Assembly (NCBI GenBank): GCA_002633005.1
Contig: NMRA01000077.1
Coordinates: 434,001-498,000 of the forward strand
Length of the DNA: 64,000 nucleotides
From: Phoronis australis
Lineage: Eukaryota > Animalia > Phoronida
Direction: 5' to 3'
Made by a program: the position numbers and the translations under genes. Numbering within the stretch: the stretch's first letter is position 1; each line of letters opens with the position of its first letter. The notes beneath the pieces are model-generated. The model saw nothing but the letters and a program-made list of their open reading frames with translations. It did no database searches and had not been told where the DNA came from. This document shows positions 38,001 to 50,000 of the stretch, in pieces.

Positions 38001-41000
38001 TGTGAAAAGAACAATGGCTAAAATTGCCATGGCATTCTATTTTTGAAGACTAATGACACTTGCAAATATTGATGTTGTTACCAAAATGACAACACTACAA
38101 ACCATAGGAGCAACGAAATTTTACATAACAGAAGACTTACCATAGCACTGATTTGTAGTGTGCTATTTCGCCTTGTTTAGGCTTACTGGCTAAAAACAAA
38201 AGTCAAATTAAGCCTTTTATTCTAACCAAATCAGTCTCCTAATGTTTTTTACAATGGTGAGATTCTATTTCCATTGCTAACAAGAATTTTGAAACCATCA
38301 GAAACTCAAGAAATGCTTCAGACATTGTTAAGGCTTAGCCAACTTTAACGTTGCGAATTCTTGAATGACATGTGCATTGTTGGCTCATTCGGTAGCAATT
38401 CAAGATCGGGTGAGCGTGGTCATATTTTTAAGCCCCAAAGCGCTTCAGTTAAGAATTCAACATTGACAGCAGCAAAATGTGTCTTTGAGTTTATGTGAAT
38501 GAGTTTATTTGTATAACATTGTCTTTGCAGAGTGTTGGAGAAGAGACGACTAAACTGAAAGAACAGATTAAGAAGGCTAAGGAAGTGATCCAGGCATTGG
38601 AGGACAAGAATGCCCTGAACTTGGCTGAGGTTGGCAGTACTGGACTTTTGTGTTACCAGTTTATCAGTCCAAACTTGTTATATAAGGCATTTCTATTATT
38701 TGGTTGATGCCAGCATTAATGGTTATTAATTTTAATCATACATTCTTATCTAAAAATTTGTTTTAAGCATTTTTCAAATTTTCCAGGTACAGTCCATGGT
38801 GTTTGTGTTTTTTTCAGATACTTTTAAGATCATTAATAATACACTTAAAATCAGTGTCATAAATTCTCTGAATATCTCAAGTGTTCTTCACTAGAGGGAC
38901 ACTGTTTATTTTTTCACACAGTTTGTAAAACTGCATCTACCATTCCAGGTCAAGCAACAAATGCACCATGAGATGGAGAACAAGGACTCTGAACTCCAGG
39001 AAGCAAAGAAGTCATTGGAGGAAATGAGGTCTGCCAATGGTGACTTGACGGACAAGGTGGACAAACTGGAGAAATCAGGTAAGTGTCTTTATTGTGCCTG
39101 GTGCTCGTTCAGAAATGTTCATTTCCCAAAGTGTTTTTGTGTCCAAAAAGGGTTGCCAGGGAAATCTCCGATATGTCAAGTAACTGTTTACAAATGATAA
39201 ATATTGCAACACACTGTGAAATCAAATTGGTTAGCTCTGTATGAGTGATTTAAAGTGTGTCTGAGTTCTTTTGAAGACTTCCATATTTCGTTAAGTAGGT
39301 TAAGCATGAGCAGCTGGCAACTGACATCAACCTACTGCATTTATAGCATGACGGTCTTGTCAATGAAACTGGACCTTTGTGATGTTTAAGCACTTGTACT
39401 GATGACTTTCTTTCATTGCAGGTCAGGAACAGTTAGAGAAGTCACGCGAGATCATCAAGAAGTTGAATGAGGAAAAGAAGAAAATTCAGCAGGAAGCACA
39501 GGAAAGCATTGAACGTGCAGAGCGCGCCCTGGAGGAGGAGAAGGAAAGTCTGGTGCAAGAGTTATCCCGTGGCAAGGCAGCTACTGTCACTTTGATGCAG
39601 GTTGGCCTTGGCAATGTATTTAGCATGCAGGGTAAAGGGAGGTCAGGGACCATTCACAATTATCGTCATATTGAACATTGTACTTTACCTTCCTCAAAAG
39701 TGTACAAACAATGTTGGTATTTTTGTTGACCAGGTTTATTTACTTGAACCACACACACACGCACACACACACACACATTACAAAAGTGCTCGGATGTTCT
39801 TAGTTATCTGTTATGTCATATTTTTAATAAAAAGTTGAATTTTGTATTTTTGCATTTGCCGATTTTATCACATTAAAAGTGTGAGCCTCAACCCCCGCGC
39901 TCATGAAAATGGTGAATAGTGTGTTGTATGAATAGTGTGTTGTATGAATAGTGCGTTGTGTGAATAGTGTGTTGTGTGAATAGTGTGTTGTGTGTATAGT
40001 GTGTTGTATGAATAGTGTTGTATGAATAGTCTGTTGTATGAATAGTCTGTTGTGTGAATAGTCTGTTGTGTGAATAGTCTGTTGTGTGAATAGTGTGTTG
40101 TGTGAATAGTGTGTTGTGTGAATAGTGTGTTGCGTGAATAGTCTGTTGCGTGAATAGTCTGTTGCGTGAATAGTCTGCGTGAATAGTCTGTTGCGTGAAT
40201 AGTCTGTTGTATTGCTTTCTTTTTCATCACCTTTGCTTTTGTTATGTCATGCTTTAGATGTGAAGTGTTCCAAAATGTTTTGAAGTAACAAGATAAGATA
40301 TAGAGTATTTACCAAATCATCTCGTACATATCTTCTTACACATGAAGATACGATTATTCTTTCTGAACAAGCTGGTGACTTGTACTTCCATAATGGCTTT
40401 ATGACATTTTACTATTTTAGCATCAGATATTTACTCAGCCATAGTTTCATTATTATTAACATGTCACTCCTGTTACCTTTACCTAAGTGTTTCATATTTT
40501 TAAATTCATTTGGTTCCCACCCAGTTTTAGCATGTTTTGTAAAAATTCTAACGACCCTACTGGGAACTACTTTGGTATGACGAAAAGNNNNNNNNNNNNN
40601 NNNNNNNNNNNNNNNNNNNNNNNNNNNNNNNNNNNNNNNNNNNNNNNNNNNNNNNNNNNNNNNNNNNNNNNNNNNNNNNNNNNNNNNNNNNNNNNNNNNN
40701 NNNNNNNNNNNNNNNNNNNNNNNNNNNNNNNNNNNNNNNNNNNNNNNNNNNNNNNNNNNNNNNNNNNNNNNNNNNNNNNNNNNNNNNNNNNNNNNNNNNN
40801 NNNNNNNNNNNNNNNNNNNNNNNNNNNNNNNNNNNNNNNNNNNNNNNNNNNNNNNNNNNNNNNNNNNNNNNNNNNNNNNNNNNNNNNNNNNNNNNNNNNN
40901 NNNNNNNNNNNNNNNNNNNNNNNNNNNNNNNNNNNNNNNNNNNNNNNNNNNNNNNNNNNNNNNNNNNNNNNNNNNNNNNNNNNNNNNNNNNNNNNNNNNN

Positions 41001-44000
41001 NNNNNNNNNNNNNNNNNNNNNNNNNNNNNNNNNNNNNNNNNNNNNNNNNNNNNNNNNNNNNNNNNNNNNNNNNNNNNNNNNNNNNNNNNNNNNNNNNNNN
41101 NNNNNNNNNNNNNNNNNNNNNNNNNNNNNNNNNNNNNNNNNNNNNNNNNNNNNNNNNNNNNNNNNNNNNNNNNNNNNNNNNNNNNNNNNNNNNNNNNNNN
41201 NNNNNNNNNNNNNNNNNNNNNNNNNNNNNNNNNNNNNNNNNNNNNNNNNNNNNNNNNNNNNNNNNNNNNNNNNNNNNNNNNNNNNNNNNNNNNNNNNNNN
41301 NNNNNNNNNNNNNNNNNNNNNNNNNNNNNNNNNNNNNNNNNNNNNNNNNNNNNNNNNNNNNNNNNNNNNNNNNNNNNNNNNNNNNNNNNNNNNNNNNNNN
41401 NNNNNNNNNNNNNNNNNNNNNNNNNNNNNNNNNNNNNNNNNNNNNNNNNNNNNNNNNNNNNNNNNNNNNNNNNNNNNNNNNNNNNNNNNNNNNNNNNNNN
41501 NNNNNNNNNNNNNNNNNNNNNAATAGTCTGTTGTATGAATAGTCTGTTGTATGAATAGTCTGTTGTATGAATAGTCTGTTGTATGTATAGTCTGTTGTAT
41601 GAATAGTGTGCTGTATGAATAGTCTGTTGTATCAATAGTCTGCTGTATGAGTAGTCTGTTGTATGAGTAGTCTGCTGTATGTATAGTCTGTTGTATCAAT
41701 AGTCTGTTGTATGAATAGTCTGTTGTATGAATAGTCTGTTGTATGAATAGTCTGTTGTATGTATAGTCTGTTGTATGAATAGTCTGTTATATGAATAGTG
41801 TGCTGTATGAATAGTCTGTTGTATGAATAGTCTGTTGTATTGCTTTCTTTTTCATCACCTTTGCTTTTGTTATGTCATGCTATAGATGTGAAGTGTTCCA
41901 AAATGTTTTGAAGTAACAAGATAAGATATTGAGTATTTACCAAATCATCTCGTACATATCTTCTTACACATGAAGATATGATTATTCTTTTTCAACAAAC
42001 AGGTGACTTGTACTTCCATGATGGCTTTATGACATTTTACTATTTTTGGCTTCAGATATTTGCTCAGCCATAGTTTCATTATTATTAACATGTCACTCCT
42101 GTTACCTTTACCTAAGTGTTTCATATTTTTAAATTCATTTGGTTCCCACCCAGTTTTAGCATGTTTTGTAAAAATTCTTACAACCCTACTGGGAACTAAT
42201 TTGGTATGACGAAAAGACAGCTAAGGGTTATGTTTATATTTTGTCTGCTTTGTAATGACGCATTGTTATACGATTTTTTGTGACAGCAACAGACAGAGGA
42301 AAGACTGTCCCAGGCTCTTCAAGAGAGAGATGCTGACTGGACGCATAAGGTGGCAGAAAAGGAGAATCAAATGGCTGAGGAACTCTCTAAAAAGGTACAG
42401 TTTCCGATGTACAACCCGTTAATTATGTATTGACAAATGAAGAACTTCTGGAAATGATGTCCTGAGGTCTAAGGGCCCATATGCTGGGTTCTACACTAGC
42501 AAACCAAATCAGTTGTCTTGACAGTACATTACATAGTTATTCGTCGTCAGTCAAATTTGTCTTTTCTATTCTAATCTGAAATCCAGATTTGGACTATGAA
42601 ATTATATTTGTTTTAATTACTTTTCTATAAAAATCTATAATTTGTTTTATCAGTAAACCAAATTTGGACTGTTAAACTGTATTTTGATTCAATCTACTGT
42701 TCTCATAAATCCAGGTTTGGACTGTGAAATTGTGTTTTGTTTTCGTTTTGCTTTTCTGTTAAAAATCTCATCAAGAGTTCAGCCAATCATGCTAGACATT
42801 TGAGAATGGAAACCAACCAGTGAGGCCATTTCCTCTGCTTGTAAAACATGGTGATCAAGTCATGCACATTGTAATGTGTGATGTGGCAAGCCTTATTAAA
42901 ACCTACCTTGACATAACTTAAGGCTGCATGTTACTTGGTGGCCATTCATGTGCTAACCTTTTTTATTTATTGCGTGCATGGCTTTGTGTAGGAAAGAGAA
43001 CTAGAGCGTGAGTACCAGCAGAAAAGTGAAGAACTGGAGAGAACTCTGCGTGAGAAGGAGGAGGAAATGAGGCTGGCCATTGAAGAACGAGACCTTCAGA
43101 AGATGGCTGCCATAAGCGAGCAGGACTCTCAGAAGGACAAGCTGTTGGTCGAACTGGAAGAAGTTAAGAATGTAATAGTTCTGATGATGTTTTTCGGTTT
43201 ATATTGGTTTGTAGCTCCACCTCAAATAACATTGAACGCCCCCCACTAGCGCCAATTTTTGCTCCCCGGGTTGTCAGTTGACCACGTCGTAGATTTTTCA
43301 GACTCGATTGGCAAGAATTTTGTTGCAGTTGAAGCTGGCCAATGTAAAAACAAAATTATTGCAGGGGTAGTTGGAAACAATATGCACACAGTCACGCCGA
43401 GGCAGAGTTTGTCGCAGGAAAAGGTATTATAATGTTTTTTACTATCGCAGTCTTTCAATATCTTAGTACAACAAACATTCACGTAATGTGCCTTTAATTT
43501 TTTTGGAATACGGTAAGCGCCTACTGCTCTACTAAGCGCCCCTTTGACTTCTGAGAAATTCTGGGGCACACAACATTCCTTTTCAATACGTTTTGGTCAA
43601 CCCTGAGTAAATTTATGCTTGTGCTCACAGTTATCAAAAATTTATATTTGAACTGCCACTGACATTGCTGTAATTTGCTCAGTTTCACTGAGATGAAAAA
43701 GTGAAAAACTTGCATTTTTTATTACTCCAACATGCTGTAAAAACATCCAGTAATGTATTGCCATACTTTGAATTATGAAATCGAGAGGCAGCAAATTAAC
43801 CCGGTGAGGCACACTGTCCCTTCGGTCGCCACATATCCTCGATAACCCGGCATATTCATTTCAAGAAAACTGGGAGAATTAGCTTGAAGTCAGGGCAATT
43901 TCATCAAAATAAAGTGAATTTGACACCTTTTTGTGAGTTACGGAAATTCTTCAAAATCCGAGAGCTTCCCACCTAAATCGAATTGGGAGGGTTGACAAAA

Positions 44001-47000
44001 CCAATGTCACATTTCTCTGGCTTGATTTTTTCAAATACATGTTTTATCTAGTGCACTGCAGTCGGAAACTCAGTGCGGCGCAGAAAGTAGACGTAGATCT
44101 ACTGAAACAGGCACGGTTCTTGAAGTTTGCGAATATGGGAAGAAAATAAACAGACAAGGCATTCAAGTATTATATTTTGAAATTGTAACGTAATTCGCAT
44201 TGCAAAACCACCGTCTCAAAGGCCGTCGTACTCTTTGTTATCATTGGTCTTTATCTCTACTAATTCAGACACTTGACTTTCATCTCTAATAATTCAGATA
44301 GCCGGTTTTGTCTCTATTAATTGGAACACAAAGCTTTCAATGGAAAAATAGTTCATACATTAGTTTACAAACTGTTAGAGAAAACACCATAATAATAACT
44401 ATAAGTACTCAGCGATAATTAGGCAAGATGAAATGACAAACTTCAGACTAGAATGAATCAATTCAATGGTTGTGAATCTTGCCATTAAAGCAATCAATGA
44501 ACTCCATGTTGTGTAGTTGGGAACGCTAACTTGTATACGAAAACCAAACAAAATCCTCCACCACAAAATAGTAAGTTAAACAATTGTTTTCAAAGATGGC
44601 AATAAACGGACCTTCACCATGGGCAGCACAGCACTGAAAAAAGGGGGGGCTAAAGCCCCCTCAGCCCCCTGTGGTGCACCGCCTACAGACCATGTGTGGC
44701 TATAGCCCCCCACCCCCTATGGTGCGCCGCCCACGTTTACTAAACATAAATCATTTTTTTGCTTTGGATTGAATTTGGGAGGCATTTTTTGAACCGGAAG
44801 CCGTTTAAATCTGTTTTATATATCAAAAATATTGTGGCTGGTTAGTTTGCGGAAGTGTAATTCAGACTCATGATTGAAAAAGTCATAAATTCTTTAGTGA
44901 AACAGGTCCTGAAAGGCTGATGATCTGCACTCTAATAGACATACTCGCACCCTCTTATTAAGAAAAACACTAAATTTGATGAGCAATAGACAACCTTTTC
45001 AGTAATGAACTTCCCAATAACCAGGAACACAATCTAATCTCAAAACGTAGACTCAAACTTGATTTCAAATTTGTAACTTTACTTGAAGAGTGCCATGAAA
45101 CTGGTCCAATTTTTAGTGGAGTTTCGAGTACAGAGATAGGACCCTAAGGGTCGGTGTGCTGTGTTGTCCAAATGTGCAGTTTTAAGGTAGGTGTATACAC
45201 TGATCAAATCTCCAGGTTCCTAACTAAAATGAGTAAAAAGGGAGTTTTAACTAGTTAGATATGACTCTGAAAGTGACAAAAATCGAAAAAAAAAAAATTT
45301 TATAGTTCGTTTTTTTAAAAAATCGTATTTTTTAATTTTCAAAAAATCCAATTTTACCTCGATTTTTTTTTCAAAATGCACAGGGATCATCATCAACTGT
45401 TTCCTTACGCAATATTCTACTTATCCATACCAAATATATGTACAAAATCATTATGATTTTGAGTTTGTGGCATTTTTTGTGTGTAAGTTGGGGCAAGCAC
45501 GCCACTTTTTGTCATTTGGTCACTTTCCGTCTAATAACTAAAAATCTGGTCCATTTATCAAAAAACCCTGGCACGCGATTTTACTTCAGTCCTAGAGGAT
45601 TTCAAATTTGCAACTTTCGTAAAAATTGACCCACNNNNNNNNNNNNNNNNNNNNNNNNNNNNNNNNNNNNNNNNNNNNNNNNNNNNNNNNNNNNNNNNNN
45701 NNNNNNNNNNNNNNNNNNNNNNNNNNNNNNNNNNNNNNNNNNNNNNNNNNNNNNNNNNNNNNNNNNNNNNNNNNNNNNNNNNNNNNNNNNNNNNNNNNNN
45801 NNNNNNNNNNNNNNNNNNNNNNNNNNNNNNNNNNNNNNNNNNNNNNNNNNNNNNNNNNNNNNNNNNNNNNNNNNNNNNNNNNNNNNNNNNNNNNNNNNNN
45901 NNNNNNNNNNNNNNNNNNNNNNNNNNNNNNNNNNNNNNNNNNNNNNNNNNNNNNNNNNNNNNNNNNNNNNNNNNNNNNNNNNNNNNNNNNNNNNNNNNNN
46001 NNNNNNNNNNNNNNNNNNNNNNNNNNNNNNNNNNNNNNNNNNNNNNNNNNNNNNNNNNNNNNNNNNNNNNNNNNNNNNNNNNNNNNNNNNNNNNNNNNNN
46101 NNNNNNNNNNNNNNNNNNNNNNNNNNNNNNNNNNNNNNNNNNNNNNNNNNNNNNNNNNNNNNNNNNNNNNNNNNNNNNNNNNNNNNNNNNNNNNNNNNNN
46201 NNNNNNNNNNNNNNNNNNNNNNNNNNNNNNNNNNNNNNNNNNNNNNNNNNNNNNNNNNNNNNNNNNNNNNNNNNNNNNNNNNNNNNNNNNNNNNNNNNNN
46301 NNNNNNNNNNNNNNNNNNNNNNNNNNNNNNNNNNNNNNNNNNNNNNNNNNNNNNNNNNNNNNNNNNNNNNNNNNNNNNNNNNNNNNNNNNNNNNNNNNNN
46401 NNNNNNNNNNNNNNNNNNNNNNNNNNNNNNNNNNNNNNNNNNNNNNNNNNNNNNNNNNNNNNNNNNNNNNNNNNNNNNNNNNNNNNNNNNNNNNNNNGTG
46501 TCCTTGTATATAAGCTCCGCCCCAGTTGTCAATCACTGAGCTGGTGAGCACTCAAGCCATATGACTTACTGAGGCTTGGTCAAATATAGCTAAAAAAACA
46601 ACTTTGGATTTTCAGAATGATTTTATTTTTCTTCAGTATACTGTGCATCAAGAATTAAAGATTAGGATGACATAAAAATGTAAAAAACAGTCAAAATTAA
46701 TTTTTTTGTGTATCCACCTACCTTAAGTTTTTCTTTGAAATTAGCTAAAAATTGAAAAATACTTCAAATCAAAAAGAAACTTTCAGATAACTGAACTGGA
46801 TTTTGACAAAAATATGCATTATCTGTTTCTTTAGAAAAACACTGAGCTGGAGCAGCAGATGACTCAAGTTAAGGAAGCTCATAACTCAGAGATGGAGCAG
46901 TGTGCCAGTAAGATGGAGAAGATAGGACACCAGCACAAAGAGAGAATTAGTGAGCTCAAGAGTAAATGTCAAAAGGTACGATATAGTCAGTACTGTGTAT

Positions 47001-50000
47001 GGTATAGTCAATACTGTGTATGGTATAGTCAGTACTGTGTATGATATAGTCAGTACTGTGTATGATATAGTCAGCACTGTGTATGGTATGGTCAGTACTG
47101 TGTATGATATAGTCAATACTGTGTATGGTATGGTCAGTACTGTGTATGATATAGTCAGTACTGTGTATGGTATAGTCAGTACTGTGTATGATATAGTCAG
47201 TACTGTGTATGGCATAGTCAGTACTGTGTATGGTATAGTCAGTACTGTGTATGATATAGTCAGTACTGTGTATGATATAGTCAGTACTGTGTATGATATA
47301 GTCAGTACTGTGTATGGTATGGTCACCTACTGAATGTCAGAATTCATAAATGTCATGGTATTTTTAGTACAGTTTGAATTTACTGGTTAGTAAGTTGATC
47401 AGTATCCATGTTGGTTTTCAAGACTTGCTGTTTGCATGCAAGTTTCTTTCATGATGAAATGAGATTTGTGGCGAAACTCAAGATCTTGACATCCATTTTC
47501 AAATCAGTTTGTGGTTCTGTTCTTTAGTTACTTTATGTCTACTTGACGTTTGTGATTCATGAATGTATCTTGATAACTAGTATGAACTGTTGAGTTCATG
47601 ATTGTCCTTTCCGTAGACCACCCTGTACATTGTCACAAAGTAATAACAACTGTCACTGTCTAACTTTATGGATTCACAGCAGCAACTCCTGATCACCCCA
47701 TCATACTTACACGTATCTACCCAAGGACTAGTTTTAATTAATGCTTGTTCTCCAAGTTGATTTCTGGCCGTTGATATTTTTCAGATGGTTGATGAAATCA
47801 GAGCACAACATGATAAGAACATGGCTGAGAAACTATCAGAAAGTGAGCGAACCCACCAGGAGGCACTGGCCACCTTAATGAAGGATTATGAGCAACGATT
47901 GAGTGCGACAAACAGCGAGATAGAAGCACAGCATCACAAGGGCACAGTTGAGTTGCAGGGGTTGGTCAGTCAAGCTAATAAGGAGAAGGAGGCTACACAG
48001 GCATCATTAAGTGAAGTTGAAGCAGCGAAGAAAGAGCTGTCAGACAAGAAACAAGAGTTGGAAGAGACTATTGGCAAACTGGAGGAAAGTTTGAGGTTGG
48101 AGAAAGAAGCAAACGAGAAATTGTTGAAGGATAAAGAGAATACGGAGCATCGGGTCAAGACACTGGCGACGGAGTATCAGGGCAAACTAGCCGAGTTGAA
48201 CACGAACCTGGAGACGTTGCAGTTGACCGTGAACGACTTGACTGAGGCTAAGGCTCAGCTGGCTACCGACTTACTGGAACGGACCAATGAGTTTAAGGCT
48301 GCACAAGCAGAGTTTGAGCAGGAGAAGAGTCGGTTGAAGAACGACTTGGAAAACAATGAGAAGCTGTTGAACCAGACGATCGATCAGTATGAGCAGCAAA
48401 TCAAAATGGAGAAGGATAATTATGATCGTGAGATGGCACGTAAGGTTGAAGCGGTGGAGCTACAGCAGAAGAGCTCAGCTGATGAGGCTGTGTCAGAGCT
48501 TGGGGAGCGCTTGAGGTCTGCTAATGACATCATCACCACCTTAGAGAAACAGGTTCAAGAGTTGTCCTTGAGGTTGAACTCTAGTGAGACTATGCTACTT
48601 AATTGTCAGGCGGAACTGCAGAAAACACAGGAGGAGTTGGCGTCAAAAGAGAAAGAAGGGAGAACATTGTCGGAAAATGCGGCCACTTTACAAGTCGCGC
48701 TTTCTGAAAAAGAAAATCGGTCAGCGGAAATGGACAGCAAATTTGAGGCACTTCAATTAGAATTAGATCAGAAGCTGACATTGGTTAATGATTTGGAGTC
48801 CAAGGTTGTGAGTTTACAAGGAGAGCTAGAAACAGTGGTCAGTGCTAAAGAGCGGACAATTGGAGAAATGCAGCAGACATTACAAACTTTAAGTAATGAG
48901 CTAACAGAAAAAGAGAAACTTGAAATTGGCCTCAATAATAACTTGCAAGAGTTGCAAACTAAAATTTTGTTGGAGACTGAAAAAGTAACATCTTCTGAAG
49001 AAATAGTGAAACAACTAGAACAAGCTATATCTGAAAAAGATGCTCATTTGTTGAGGTTGTCTGATACGGTGAATGAATTACAAAAGAATGTTGAAATTAA
49101 GGATGCAGAGCTGGTTGAGAGAAACAGAACTCTTGAGGAATTGTCCAAAAATGTTGCTGCACAGTCTCAGTCTTTTGCCGACACCAGCGCGGAGATTCAG
49201 GCGAAAGATGTTGTCATTCAATCAAAGAACAGTGAAATTTCAGAGCTGCGTACAACATTGGAGGAAAGTCAAAATATAATCGACACAAAGAACACCGAAC
49301 TCTCTGAAAAGGAGAAAGTTTTACTGGAAACTTTGTCTCTCAAGAAAGAACACGAGTCGTCCTTGTCTGAGAAGGATGGTGTCATCCAAGATTTGGAAAC
49401 TAAGTTTCACGAGCTGCGCCAGAAGTTTGAAACAACTGTCAAACAGTTTCAAGAAAAGGAAGAACACTTAAAGACTCAACATCTCCATCTCAGGGATGAG
49501 GCCAAAGCAAAACTGAAAGACCTTCGCACTCAGGTTTCTAATTTTAATCAATTTCAACTTGCCTGCTATTCTATTAAAGGGGGAGCCAAAAGTTTTGGCA
49601 TTGTTTTTGTGAAAATATGAATTCCATGCTATCTTAGACATATTTTTATTTTGGTTTTGCTTTGTCTGGCCTTAATGAAGGAGGTAATTATGTGAATAGT
49701 CAAAGGTGACTTTATGGTTCAGTTCGTATTTTTCAGTTTTCTGCTCATTATCTTTGTGCACCGTGATTCATTTCACAAATGATGTGAGTTATTTATTAAG
49801 ATCAAACTCAGTCTAAACTTATATTTCATAGAAGTGCAAGAAACTTATCAACACTTGGTCACAGGCCAGGCGAAGCATATTTCTTAATGAAAAATGTCTT
49901 GGAAATATGTGAATCAAAAATAACACCAAGAATTATTGGGTTTCTATTGATGTGCTGTACTTGTATCAGTTCACAGTTTCATTTAGCCAAAAACTCATTC

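Noticed and set aside
40412-41699. ORFs of 295-407 aa spanning N runs (also 45558-46551)
   Set aside because: Artefacts of translating gap characters.
46886-47333. Repetitive ORFs ([25 protein letters not shown] and similar)
   Set aside because: Translations of intronic minisatellites with no support as exons.
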